From a virus, in IMG/VR virus record IMGVR_UViG_3300042332_000818, positions 55,390 to 119,389 of that record: DNA of 64,000 nucleotides; one strand, given 5' to 3'. Under the pieces are notes generated by a model. The model worked only from the letters and a program-made list of their open reading frames with translations, was not told the DNA's origin and did not search any database. The translations under genes were made by a program, and so were the position numbers. Below are positions 30,199-39,782 of this stretch, piece by piece. Positions within the stretch are counted from its first letter, which is position 1; each line of letters opens with the position of its first letter.

Positions 30199-30888
30199 TT
30201 ACCAATCAAGATCATCATCCTGTGCAACAGGAGCTGCCGAAGGTTGTGATTCTTGAACAAGAGCACTCTTTACTTTCTCTGGAACATATAGATGAGTTGC
30301 TTCATCATATGCGGGAACAATGTTTTCTTCAGCGTCAGCGCTTTGGAAAGCACGTCCTTTCTTCAAGTAAGGAAAAGAGTAGTTAGTACGAAGCTTACCT
30401 TCTTTGTTCAAGTACTTAGAACCTCCAACAAGAACGTTCAATTTAGATTTTGCTGAACGGAAGATATGGGATACTGCTTGTACATACTCTTGAAGAGTAG
30501 CTGCATCTACCTCGTCTACATCATTACGTACACCAAGCTCATCAGCTAAGTGAGCAATAGTTTTCATAATTTGAGCATCACGGTCAATATAAGTACCGTC
30601 AGCAAGAGTTTTAGACTCAAACTTAAACGGACTAGTTGCAACACGTGACATTGGACCAGGAAAAGTTCCCTTATTAGGGTTATCCATATCAATTGGCCAT
30701 CCCTCAAAGTTTGAATCATTAGACTTACCTACAAGAGTAAGTACAAGTTCCATTTGCTCAGCGTTGTATGGCATTGAACGTAGCTCAATTCCGTATACAC
30801 GAACAGTGTGGTTACCAAGACCAAGGTTCTTATCAGGACCGATCTCTTTCTTAGGGGTGGTATCAATACCTTTAGTTGAAAATGACAT
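30199..30888 (-). CDS. Putative single-stranded DNA-binding protein
   Basis: Beta-rich, with acidic aromatic tail DDDLDW; lies between the ATPase and primase. Confidence 0.55.
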   Translation of the reverse strand: MSFSTKGIDTTPKKEIGPDKNLGLGNHTVRVYGIELRSMPYNAEQMELVLTLVGKSNDSNFEGWPIDMDNPNKGTFPGPMSRVATSPFKFESKTLADGTYIDRDAQIMKTIAHLADELGVRNDVDEVDAATLQEYVQAVSHIFRSAKSKLNVLVGGSKYLNKEGKLRTNYSFPYLKKGRAFQSADAEENIVPAYDEATHLYVPEKVKSALVQESQPSAAPVAQDDDLDW

Positions 30889-30890
30889 AA

Positions 30891-31580
30891 TTAATTTTCG
30901 TAGTTAATAATTGCTTCTCTTACAAATTGAAGATCATTAGAGATCTCTTTAGAATCAAACATATCCATTGGAGACTTACAGGTATTCTCACCGTTCGTCT
31001 CAGTTTCAAATAGATAATCAATTCCTTCTTTAGTTTTCTTTGCTTTTGCAAATAGAACTATAGAAAAGAGTCCCTCAAGTGTCAGCACATTGTCAATCAT
31101 CTTACCGATTGTTTTAGCTTTCACTTTGCGGTTACCGTCCGTATCATATGCTTCTTCAGCATGTGTCAGGAAGTAAACCATTAAGTCATCACGCAGTGTG
31201 ATAGGAGCTGTGGCAATATCACTCATTGACTTAGCCAATTGAGTAAACTTGTCATAACCCTTTTCATTTGCGCGAGCAAAGTATTCAAATGCAAACAAGT
31301 ACTGGAAATCATCAATCACGAAATTTTTGATCTCTGTACGCTCATTCACTCTTGCGAACACTTTACCTAATTTGGAAAAGTTTACCCTGCCGTCATCACC
31401 TACAATGTCTGTAAGTGAAAGGAGATTCTTATTCTCAGCAGAGTATTTACTCTTCCAACCTTTAAAAGGCAAAGGTTTGTTTGCCGTATTAAAGATTACC
31501 GTTTCTGCAGGATTCAAATTACGAATACCTGTAGACTTACCACTACCAGATTCACCAATAATCAATACTGAATGTGCCAT
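30891..31580 (-). CDS. AAA_24/Sak4-like P-loop NTPase
   Basis: Motifs GESGSGKS, VIDDFQY, FLTHAE, KTIGKM. Confidence 0.8.
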   Translation of the reverse strand: MAHSVLIIGESGSGKSTGIRNLNPAETVIFNTANKPLPFKGWKSKYSAENKNLLSLTDIVGDDGRVNFSKLGKVFARVNERTEIKNFVIDDFQYLFAFEYFARANEKGYDKFTQLAKSMSDIATAPITLRDDLMVYFLTHAEEAYDTDGNRKVKAKTIGKMIDNVLTLEGLFSIVLFAKAKKTKEGIDYLFETETNGENTCKSPMDMFDSKEISNDLQFVREAIINYEN

Positions 31581-32152
31581 TACTTCAAAGTTTTAAGAGC
31601 TTCAACTAAATCTCCCAATGTTGCTTGCATCAGAGGTTTATCAAAGATACTACTTAAACTTTTAAAGTTTAGCTCTGGTTGATAACTTGAAGCATTTGCT
31701 TGACTATGAGTAGTGTGGGCTACCCTAAAGCTTTCCGGTTGATCAAGACTAATCCTTACTGGTTGGTCAAGATTAACTTTTGCTGGGGTATAGTCCATTA
31801 CCATGATAAGTTCATCTGTTGGGATAGCAAAGCTTTCACCATCAGTGCTGGTTGGAATAGCATGCTCATCAGGATATCCATTATGAACAAGCTTATACAA
31901 CTCTCTTTTATCACTCTTTGGGCCCCAAGTACCATCATCATGTTTACGAGCAAACTCAAAGTAAGCAGCATGTGTACGTGCCATTTGCTCAAGCTCTTTC
32001 TTAAACAGGAAGATGTATCTACCAGAACCAATTTGTGGTTTGTTGCCCTCTAGTACGGGCTTAAAGAAGCAATTATCAATGTCTTCTCCAAAATTTGCTA
32101 GTGTTTGTGCGTGGAAGTATAACGCTTCCTTTTTAAATTCAACGTGTGTCAT
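31580..32152 (-). CDS. Hypothetical protein
   Basis: 190 aa, translationally coupled. Confidence 0.55.
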   Translation of the reverse strand: MTHVEFKKEALYFHAQTLANFGEDIDNCFFKPVLEGNKPQIGSGRYIFLFKKELEQMARTHAAYFEFARKHDDGTWGPKSDKRELYKLVHNGYPDEHAIPTSTDGESFAIPTDELIMVMDYTPAKVNLDQPVRISLDQPESFRVAHTTHSQANASSYQPELNFKSLSSIFDKPLMQATLGDLVEALKTLK

Positions 32153-33120
32153 TAAAACAGATTTTCTTTACAATTAGGAGTATCCATTTCCTCTAATGAC
32201 ATAGTGGAACCTTCAAACTTAAACCAGAGTAACTGACCGGCTTCACCATCACGATTCTTAATCATATGAAATACCGTGTCATACCGTGTGGTAATCTGAT
32301 ATCTCATCGGACCGTAGTATCTGATGTTGAACATTCCGGGTCTGTTAGCTCCAATAAGTATGTCAGCATGCTGCATTAAAGCATCTGAGCCCATTATGTC
32401 GGATGATGTAATAAAGTTACCAGGAGAACCGTCAACGTTTCTCTCTGGTCTTTCTATATTACGGTTTAGCTGTGCCAACAGGATAAAGATTAAATCATAC
32501 TTATTCTTCATCTCTGTTATCATAGCTGCTAACTCAATCAGTGTATCCCGTTCTGTAGATTTAGAATTTCTAAGAACAAGACCTGCGTGATCAAGAGTGT
32601 ACAGAACCTTTTTACCTGGAAACTTTACACCGCAATGGTATTCTATTTCTTTACGTAGTGATTCAACCGTTAGAGGTCTACTAACTACGTATGGTAAAGG
32701 AAGATTCTTTACAATGTTTTGAGCGTTTAGTTTGATCTTCTCAAAGTCAGAGTCAGATAACCCTGCTTTTGATTGGATTTTACTATATGGCATGTTAGTA
32801 TAGCCAGCAAGCTGACGGATTACATGTCGTACAGGAGGTAGTTCAAACTGAAACTCAACAACTTCAAACTGGGTGTTTGGATTTAAATGGTGAGCTAAAC
32901 GTATAATCTGATCTTTAATAGCAGTCTTACCAACACTGGAACGTGCGGCAATAACAACCATTGTCTTCCATTCAAAGCCATCTAGGGTTTCGTTATTTAA
33001 CTTTTCCCAAGGTGTTTTAAATGAAGTAATTAGACCAGCTTTACGATCTTTAATATGTTTGATTGCCTGCTTATAATACTCCGATTGGTGTATTGCAGAT
33101 GATTCAAAAAATTCACTCAT
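32152..33120 (-). CDS. dnaB: DnaB-like replicative helicase
   Basis: Motifs AARSSVGKT, LDH, LAQLNRNIE, HAD, KNRDG. Confidence 0.9.
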   Translation of the reverse strand: MSEFFESSAIHQSEYYKQAIKHIKDRKAGLITSFKTPWEKLNNETLDGFEWKTMVVIAARSSVGKTAIKDQIIRLAHHLNPNTQFEVVEFQFELPPVRHVIRQLAGYTNMPYSKIQSKAGLSDSDFEKIKLNAQNIVKNLPLPYVVSRPLTVESLRKEIEYHCGVKFPGKKVLYTLDHAGLVLRNSKSTERDTLIELAAMITEMKNKYDLIFILLAQLNRNIERPERNVDGSPGNFITSSDIMGSDALMQHADILIGANRPGMFNIRYYGPMRYQITTRYDTVFHMIKNRDGEAGQLLWFKFEGSTMSLEEMDTPNCKENLF

Positions 33121-33722
33121 ACAGATTTGGGTCTGAAGAAGTCTGGTACAAAGTCATCATCAGATGTGCTATCACGAGATTCAATCTCAGCAGCAAGTCT
33201 TGATTTACTCATACCTCCTTCCATTTTATAAATAAAAGTCTTAGACCCTAACATGTAGTCCATATTATCTCTGTGACCATTGATATATTTTTGTGTGACC
33301 TCAAATATTATATTCCATTCTTCATTGGGGTAATCAGTGAAGAACTTATTAAAAGCCTGAACAACCTCTTTGATAGGATCTCTTAGAGGATATTTACGAC
33401 CATTAATAATACGGTTTACTTTAGGCCAGAGACTCTGGTATTTGTCTACATTATCAAGGAAACTAGGATCCTTAGTAAGATCTCTTTTGGTTTGACTCTT
33501 TAAAAACAACCCAATTGTCTGATCCAATAAAGCTTTACCCTTTGTACTGAGGATAGGTTTCCTGTCAACAATACTGACCAAGTCTCTAGAGATCATATCT
33601 CTTATGCTTAAATCTCTTTTAATCCTTTCGGGAGCAATGTGGTTAATGGATATTGTATACAATACCATCAATTCATTTGGGGTAATGTCATGCTTTACGC
33701 ATAATTTGTATAGTCCCTCCAT
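33117..33722 (-). CDS. Putative replication initiator/helicase loader
   Basis: N-terminal wHTH-like region and C-terminal LWPK..K..F replication-protein-like helices; upstream of DnaB. Confidence 0.45.
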   Translation of the reverse strand: MEGLYKLCVKHDITPNELMVLYTISINHIAPERIKRDLSIRDMISRDLVSIVDRKPILSTKGKALLDQTIGLFLKSQTKRDLTKDPSFLDNVDKYQSLWPKVNRIINGRKYPLRDPIKEVVQAFNKFFTDYPNEEWNIIFEVTQKYINGHRDNMDYMLGSKTFIYKMEGGMSKSRLAAEIESRDSTSDDDFVPDFFRPKSV

Positions 33723-33756
33723 TGAAATATCAGAATTATGTGTTATTTTATAAGTG

Positions 33757-33930
33757 AGGGGGTAGACCCTTAAGGTATTGCAAGATACGAAATGTTTGGC
33801 TTGCGAGCCAGCCAGGACTCCACCTTGCAACCACCGTGGCAAAGTACCGTGGTGGTGGTCGTATTGTAAATTGTCTTCTTAATAGCAGGGGCTTTCTTCA
33901 CTTTCTCAAAGAGCGACGGGGTCCTGTGTT
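33757..33930 (+). ncRNA. Structured 5' leader / candidate ncRNA
   Basis: GC-rich intergenic stretch with several nested and crossing stems. Confidence 0.45.
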
Positions 33931-33941
33931 TTTATAAAACT

Positions 33942-34238
33942 ATGGAACAGAACAGTTCTAACATCTTAAAAGAAGTTAAAAGTTGGATTACTCCAGCTTT
34001 ACTATCATTCGTCTCTATGATGCTGTATCAGAACATGCAAGAGATGAAAAGTGATATCAAGCTTCTTCTGAACCAAAGTGCTCAAGACAAAGTCCGCATT
34101 GATAATCTTGAGACAAGATTCTTGCGTATTGAGGATCAACTCTATAACAAAAAGACAAGAGAAGCTAAATTTGAGCTTCCTGACTTTGTATTATATAGAG
34201 AAGAACAAAAGAAAGTTAAACCAATAAAGTATGCTTAG
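33942..34238 (+). CDS. Holin/antiholin-like membrane protein
   Basis: Single N-terminal TM segment followed by a coiled coil. Confidence 0.45.
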   Translation: MEQNSSNILKEVKSWITPALLSFVSMMLYQNMQEMKSDIKLLLNQSAQDKVRIDNLETRFLRIEDQLYNKKTREAKFELPDFVLYREEQKKVKPIKYA

Positions 34239-34563
34239 GAGAATCAGCTTGCTCATTTTTGCTGTAATCATTGTAGGTCAGCTGTATCTTCTAAGAGAAG
34301 GACGCAAAACCTTGACTGAATTAGAGAATCTCAAGGAGCTCTCAGAACAAAAAGTGGATAGTCTAAGACTAGCCAATGATTCTCTAGATATCTTTACAGA
34401 TGTGTTGGTTGTACAGGTTGACTCACTGGGTAGAGAGATCAACGCAGATGAAAAACAATTACAAAAAATCAAAAATGATTACAAGAAAAGAATTGACTCT
34501 ATTAGTAAGCTTTCTAGTAATGAGCTTACCGAGTATTTCTCAAACCGTTATAACAACAACTAA
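34231..34563 (+). CDS. i-spanin-like TM coiled-coil protein
   Basis: N-terminal TM and a long periplasmic coiled coil; overlaps the next gene. Confidence 0.5.
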   Translation: MLRRISLLIFAVIIVGQLYLLREGRKTLTELENLKELSEQKVDSLRLANDSLDIFTDVLVVQVDSLGREINADEKQLQKIKNDYKKRIDSISKLSSNELTEYFSNRYNNN

Positions 34564-34885
34564 AGACACCATCATCTGCCTACCGGTAGAAATGGCTAAA
34601 ATGGTTGTTGTTGATTTAGAAGAAGGAGACCTTGTTCGTAAAGAGAACAAGATACTGTCTGATATTCTAACAAAGTTAAAGTCTCAGGTCACTATTCAAG
34701 ACCAAATTATTCAGACCAAGGATCTTAAGATCAATAACTTGGAATCAATCATTACCGAGAAAGATAAGATTATCTCCATTTGTAATGAAGAAAAAACTAT
34801 TATTCAGGGGAAAGTGAAGAAGTCCTTTGTTAGTGGTACTCTTGTTGGTATTGGTGTTGGGGCTTTAACTATTCTTCTCTTGTAG
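34475..34885 (+). CDS. Spanin-like secreted coiled-coil protein with C-terminal TM
   Basis: Signal-like leader ending S-Q, two Cys, coiled coil, GTLVGIGVGALTILLL tail. Confidence 0.5.
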   Translation: MITRKELTLLVSFLVMSLPSISQTVITTTKDTIICLPVEMAKMVVVDLEEGDLVRKENKILSDILTKLKSQVTIQDQIIQTKDLKINNLESIITEKDKIISICNEEKTIIQGKVKKSFVSGTLVGIGVGALTILLL

Positions 34886-34917
34886 GTGAAGCATACTGAT
34901 GCACGATATAGTATTGC

Positions 34918-35514
34918 TTAAAGGGGGTCTGTTAGATCCCCTTTCTTTTTTATAGCCTCATCAATAAGATTTAGTTTCTCTTGATGTGTTAAAGCTTTCT
35001 TAAGAATACTTTTAATAGAACGTATAGTACCTTCTAGTTTATCTAGTTTTCTTTGCCGGGTCTTCTCCTCCCTCTTAAGTTGCTCCATATAGTCAATGCT
35101 TTGCTTTGACAGATCAATATAAGAGTTGCTAGCTTTTACAACCAGCTTAGAAATGTTTTGTACTATAAAGCAGCAGTGATCATAGTATGTACGATACTCA
35201 GGAAAGCTTCTATAGTAAATCTCATGGTTCTTGTTTTGATGTATAACAGTAGCATGATCTTTACCTATGGCATTTCCGATAGATGCTAATGAAAAAGCTG
35301 TGTACTTTCTAATGGAATTAGAAATAGAAGCTCTTACAAGCAAAGATCCGGTCTTTCTACTACCGTCATCTTCAGCATCATAAGTATAGTACAGTACCCT
35401 CTCTAAATATAGTTTTAATATTTTAGGAGAGTAGTTTGTTACCAGATAATTGATGTCTGATTGACTGAGGTCAAATAGTCGTTCACCTGATTGAATAGAT
35501 TGTTGCTGTTCCAT
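34918..35514 (-). CDS. DnaA C-terminal-like HTH protein
   Basis: SLASIGNAIGKDHATVIH matches the DnaA domain IV signature. Confidence 0.65.
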   Translation of the reverse strand: MEQQQSIQSGERLFDLSQSDINYLVTNYSPKILKLYLERVLYYTYDAEDDGSRKTGSLLVRASISNSIRKYTAFSLASIGNAIGKDHATVIHQNKNHEIYYRSFPEYRTYYDHCCFIVQNISKLVVKASNSYIDLSKQSIDYMEQLKREEKTRQRKLDKLEGTIRSIKSILKKALTHQEKLNLIDEAIKKKGDLTDPL

Positions 35515-36158
35515 CTAGATTCTTTATTATAAGCAGCGCTAGCAGGATGGCTCACGTGAATCTTGTGATTTGTATCATAGATAAAATCATCCCATTCTTG
35601 AGCCTTCTTACCAAGCATTACATAAACAATACCTTCGTTCTTGTATGCAAGATAATCTAGAACATAGGCAATGAAGTCTGACCAAAGATCATAATGCTTA
35701 CCGATTTCTCCAACGTTAGTTGTGAGAGCACAGTTAATCATCAATAAACCTTGATTAGACCATCGTTTAAGATCTGCAGATTGTACAGGATCTCTTTGAT
35801 CTTCAGGTACTGTCAAGGATATCTCCTTTAGCATGTACCTTAAAGACGCTTCCGGATACTTAGTATTCCCGCAAGAGAATGCTATTCCGTCAGCTACATT
35901 AAATTGTGGATAGGGGTCCTGTCCAATCATTACAACCTTTACAGTGTTTGCAGGGCATTCTTGAAACGCTCTAAAAACATTTTTAAGGGGAGGTGTAATT
36001 CTTTTACCCTCATTACGTAATTTTACTAGCTCATTTAGAAGAGTTTGAAAACTATCTCCCAGTAAGTATGTGCGTAATGCTTCATCCCAACCGGTACCTT
36101 TTAGCTTTTCATAAAGCTTCTGAGCTATTTCTACAGTATTAACTTCAACGTTTGTCAT
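35439..36158 (-). CDS. ung: Uracil-DNA glycosylase
   Basis: Motifs GQDPYP, GIAFS, QGLLMIN, SHPAS. Confidence 0.93.
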   Translation of the reverse strand: MTNVEVNTVEIAQKLYEKLKGTGWDEALRTYLLGDSFQTLLNELVKLRNEGKRITPPLKNVFRAFQECPANTVKVVMIGQDPYPQFNVADGIAFSCGNTKYPEASLRYMLKEISLTVPEDQRDPVQSADLKRWSNQGLLMINCALTTNVGEIGKHYDLWSDFIAYVLDYLAYKNEGIVYVMLGKKAQEWDDFIYDTNHKIHVSHPASAAYNKESRWNSNNLFNQVNDYLTSVNQTSIIW

Positions 36159-36435
36159 GGCAACTATTCCAACAATTAAAGAGGATTCAATTATTACGAT
36201 TCAAGTAAATGGATCTTTCTATGCAAGAGTTCAGCACTTGATTATGTACATGCTTGAGTCTCTTGAACCACAAAGAATCCAGGAAATCTTTGATAAGATT
36301 AACGGTGATAAGATTGATGAGCCTCTTGCTGCACACATTCAAACATTAGTTGTCCTAATGAATGAGATTGAGCGTGAAGCTACAGAACAAGGAAAGGTTG
36401 AAGAGACTGAGATTGAAGACTCACTAGAGGCTTAA
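36157..36435 (+). CDS. Hypothetical acidic protein
   Basis: 92 aa with natural composition; its ATG overlaps the ung start codon head-to-head. Confidence 0.55.
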   Translation: MATIPTIKEDSIITIQVNGSFYARVQHLIMYMLESLEPQRIQEIFDKINGDKIDEPLAAHIQTLVVLMNEIEREATEQGKVEETEIEDSLEA

Positions 36436-36798
36436 TCCCAACTGTTCACCAAGAGTTACCGCTGCTTGAATACAAGCAGATAGTTCATCTCTGTTCATAT
36501 CACCAAAAGATTTCACATCACCACCTTCAGATGAGATGATAATGAAACCGGCTTTCTGTTTAACATAGAGTTTAACGTCTTCGAAATCCTGGCCGGTGTA
36601 GTTAGAAATCTCTCTGATGGTGGCGTGAAGTTTATTCACTTGTTGTCTTGTACCCTCTGCGGTTACAGCACTAAAGCTGACTTCAACAATCACGTCTTTA
36701 TCAAGATTGCTAACAAATTCTCTATATAGAGATTTATGAGCAAGAGAAACCGGCACAAGACCGGTCTCTCCTTTTTTCATTTTAATAGTAAAGCTCAT
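36424..36798 (-). CDS. NinB-like protein
   Basis: QQVNKLHATIREIS..TG..VK, KSFGDM..ELS..I. Confidence 0.55.
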   Translation of the reverse strand: MSFTIKMKKGETGLVPVSLAHKSLYREFVSNLDKDVIVEVSFSAVTAEGTRQQVNKLHATIREISNYTGQDFEDVKLYVKQKAGFIIISSEGGDVKSFGDMNRDELSACIQAAVTLGEQLGLSL

Positions 36799-37886
36799 CG
36801 TTCCAAGTAAGTTATTTTATTTGGATCAATAGACTTAAGCGCTTCTTGTACCCATTTAGTATCAACGGTATCTCTGTAGCATAGGATATGAATGTTGGAT
36901 ACCATATCAGGATTAAGACGCAGTAGTCGTCCGATTCTCTGATTGGTTTTACGTTCATTACCATATGCATGCATAATGATACCGGTATCTAAATGTGGTA
37001 TAGTAACACCCTCATTTAATTGATCTACACAACTAAGCTTATCAATTTCACCGTCTTTAAACAGTGTGAGGTTAGCTTCAGATTTATAATTACTGCTGTG
37101 ATAGCTGTGCTTACAAATTCTATCAGCCTGTGCTTGAGTATTACAGAAGACAATAGTCTTACCACCAAGCTCTGATAATAAGCTTTTAGCATATTTCTCT
37201 TTAGTGTTGAACTGCTTTAAGGCAGTCATCCTATTAATGATAGCAAACTGATACTCTTGGGTACCTTGTACGCTATTCATTATTCTACTGCTTGCATAAG
37301 CGTATCTCTCTTTTTCTGAAGTTTTAAACGATTTACCGTTCTTCATATTGACTTTAAAGTCTTTTACTTCAGAAAGAGAAAGCATATGTACTATGATTCT
37401 GTAATCATTTAGGATGTTAGCGTTGACTGCTTCATCCACCTTATAACGAAATACAATAGGACAATACTGATTTACCATCTTAGCTTTTTCGGTAAACTGT
37501 CTCACTGGAGGAGTACCGGTCAAACCTAAGATCTTACCCTTATATGTATCAAGAAAGTCTTTGTGTGAATACAAAAGACTATGACACTCATCAAGGTATA
37601 CTACAGTATATTTTAAAGGATCTTTCTTGCCTAATGATAGATAAGTAGTAAAATCAATCTTATCTAGCAGATACTGCATTTTAAATTTAGCAGCATCATC
37701 TTTCCAAGATTGAAAGATTGATACTTTAGGAGCTACTACAAGAAATCTTGCATTAGTATTGTAATGAGAAGCCATATGTGTAAGACCAATTAAAGTCTTA
37801 CCGACACCCATTGAGATACCAAGACCACAACGGAAGTGTTTGTTAGCTTCAACAATCGCTTCCGATTGGACTCTGTCTCTAGACAT
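36795..37886 (-). CDS. Superfamily II helicase
   Basis: Motifs MGVGKT, DECH, GLTGT, LNEGV, QRIGRLLR. Confidence 0.9.
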   Translation of the reverse strand: MSRDRVQSEAIVEANKHFRCGLGISMGVGKTLIGLTHMASHYNTNARFLVVAPKVSIFQSWKDDAAKFKMQYLLDKIDFTTYLSLGKKDPLKYTVVYLDECHSLLYSHKDFLDTYKGKILGLTGTPPVRQFTEKAKMVNQYCPIVFRYKVDEAVNANILNDYRIIVHMLSLSEVKDFKVNMKNGKSFKTSEKERYAYASSRIMNSVQGTQEYQFAIINRMTALKQFNTKEKYAKSLLSELGGKTIVFCNTQAQADRICKHSYHSSNYKSEANLTLFKDGEIDKLSCVDQLNEGVTIPHLDTGIIMHAYGNERKTNQRIGRLLRLNPDMVSNIHILCYRDTVDTKWVQEALKSIDPNKITYLER

Positions 37887-38067
37887 TTTTTAATTTATGT
37901 TTTAGTTCAAGATCAGCATGTATGCTGAGTTTATACTTATCTCTATTCGCTGTTATGTAGTTTTTTAACACATGTGGATCTTGCGCAATCCACTGCATAA
38001 TACTACGTTTAGTTTCGTTGATTGTCAGGTAATCGTTGTTAGCGAGTTTGATAAGTTCTAATCTCAT
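37879..38067 (-). CDS. Hypothetical protein
   Basis: 62 aa, overlap-coupled. Confidence 0.45.
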   Translation of the reverse strand: MRLELIKLANNDYLTINETKRSIMQWIAQDPHVLKNYITANRDKYKLSIHADLELKHKLKNV

Positions 38068-38465
38068 AATCTGTTTTCTGAAAAACCTAATTCTTTGGCT
38101 TCTGTAGGGTGAGTTTCAATCCAAGTATGGCAAATTCTACACACTGGAAGCCAGGTTGTTGTAATCAAATAGTATTTACCTCGGCCGGCTTTATGATGCA
38201 CATCTGTAGCAACATTAGTACAACCGGGAACTTTTGCTCTGCATACCGGATGAAGAGTCAGGTAATCCTTTCTTAATTTGGAATATACCTGATCTTCTCC
38301 AGCTTTCTTGGAAGATTTGGCAGGAATCTTTTTTGCAGGTGTGATGCGTCCAGCACACTCTTTACAATAACGGTCCCTACCAATTGTCTTCCATATGTAT
38401 TGCTCAGTCTCACAACCAGAGCACATTTTCTTTTTAGCCTTCATCATCGTCTGAGTCTTCGTCAT
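38064..38465 (-). CDS. HNH/Zn-finger nuclease-like protein
   Basis: CxxC pairs, DVHHKAGR, VCRICH. Confidence 0.7.
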   Translation of the reverse strand: MTKTQTMMKAKKKMCSGCETEQYIWKTIGRDRYCKECAGRITPAKKIPAKSSKKAGEDQVYSKLRKDYLTLHPVCRAKVPGCTNVATDVHHKAGRGKYYLITTTWLPVCRICHTWIETHPTEAKELGFSENRL

Positions 38466-38805
38466 CTAAGTCTTCAGTCTCAACTACAAACTCACCAGAC
38501 TCAGCTTCAGCAATCATAGCTTCAATCTTGTTATAGAGTTCAGGCTCAGAATCTTTGATGAGCTCTACAATAGGTGCTAATGATTTTTCAATTGACATGT
38601 ACATCTGTACTACAGGGATTTCCATGATGATCTGTAAATCATCATCTGTAATCTTTGTTTCAGTTTGTACATCCCCAAAGCCGATTGTAATCTTTCGGGT
38701 AGAATAACCTTCAAGAATAAGATCGTTAACATAATCAGCATACTTCTTAAGTCTCAGGTAGATAAAAACAATTTGTTCATTTGTTAGTCCGGCAAGTTGT
38801 GACAT
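38434..38805 (-). CDS. Hypothetical protein
   Basis: 123 aa with an acidic tail. Confidence 0.55.
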   Translation of the reverse strand: MSQLAGLTNEQIVFIYLRLKKYADYVNDLILEGYSTRKITIGFGDVQTETKITDDDLQIIMEIPVVQMYMSIEKSLAPIVELIKDSEPELYNKIEAMIAEAESGEFVVETEDLDDEDSDDDEG

Positions 38806-38807
38806 TA

Positions 38808-39185
38808 TTATTTCAGGTTTAAGAAATTAGGTCCTAGAACTCCGGACTCAAGTAATGCAGTGACAATATCATCTTTGGTGACTTCCAATAGTTTATCATC
38901 TAGAGCAACACGTAAGTCTGGTTGTGTAAAGATAACTCTTTCTGATTGGAGTTGATCATATACATTACCACGACTAAAGAACAAGTTTAAAACATTGTTA
39001 GACTTCTCTACAAGCTTTTGATAGCGAAGAGTTTGAATAATCAGATTAGCTTTCTTACTAACCTTTCTTATTCTATCTTTCTTTTCTTTGGTCATAAGAC
39101 CAATTTGTTCTGGTGTGTAGATCCGAAGACCTAAGATAGCTCTCTTATAGTAAAACGTTTGAGTTTTATTAAGAATAAATTTCAT
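38808..39185 (-). CDS. Hypothetical protein
   Basis: 125-aa ORF in the operon. Confidence 0.55.
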   Translation of the reverse strand: MKFILNKTQTFYYKRAILGLRIYTPEQIGLMTKEKKDRIRKVSKKANLIIQTLRYQKLVEKSNNVLNLFFSRGNVYDQLQSERVIFTQPDLRVALDDKLLEVTKDDIVTALLESGVLGPNFLNLK

Positions 39186-39202
39186 GTGGTGTGGAGTTTA
39201 AA

Positions 39203-39236
39203 TAAGAGGGCCCCCATATTTCAGAGGGCCCCTTAT
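39203..39236 (-). terminator. Hairpin/terminator
   Basis: ATAAGAGGGCCC..GGGCCCCTTAT inverted repeat. Confidence 0.5.
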
Positions 39237-39238
39237 CA

Positions 39239-39721
39239 TTAAATATCAAACACGTTCTCGTCTGCTTCAACAAGATTTTGTACTGAAGGAACAACATTAG
39301 AAAGCTTTTGAACTGCTAATGCCTGACGGATTTCTTCAGTATTGTCATGAGCCACAAGAATATCCTTTTGTGTCATGTCTTCAGTGAAAAAAGTCTTACG
39401 GTAAACCGGTTGACCTTTAACTGAACAAATTACACCTGTAGATCCTGCAACTTTAATGTCACGATCCTCAGTTGTAAATGGAGTAAGTTGCTCACGAATT
39501 ACAATTTGACCATTTAAAACTTGTCCTGCAGCAAAATTAAATGCTTCCAGTACGTTTAGCTCACCAACAATTAAAGTACTAACAGACTTGTTTTGAGCAA
39601 AGTTATTAGCAATAGTCAATTTGTCTTGACGAAGAGTAATCCAACCGAAGTTAGGGTTATTCTTAGAAACATTGATAACAGAACCGTTATCGTCACCAGC
39701 AATGTAAACAGAATTTGTCAT
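39239..39721 (-). CDS. Conserved hypothetical crAss-like protein
   Basis: 160 aa, beta-rich; KVAG.TGV.C..GQPVYRKT. Confidence 0.6.
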   Translation of the reverse strand: MTNSVYIAGDDNGSVINVSKNNPNFGWITLRQDKLTIANNFAQNKSVSTLIVGELNVLEAFNFAAGQVLNGQIVIREQLTPFTTEDRDIKVAGSTGVICSVKGQPVYRKTFFTEDMTQKDILVAHDNTEEIRQALAVQKLSNVVPSVQNLVEADENVFDI

Positions 39722-39732
39722 GATTTTAAAAT

Positions 39733-39759
39733 AAAAAAAGCCTGCTATTTCTAGCAGGC
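39733..39759 (-). terminator. Intrinsic terminator
   Basis: On the - strand, GCCTGCTA-GAAA-TAGCAGGC followed by TTTTTTT. Confidence 0.7.
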
Positions 39760-39782
39760 AGGTTAAAGTTTGATTTGAAGTT

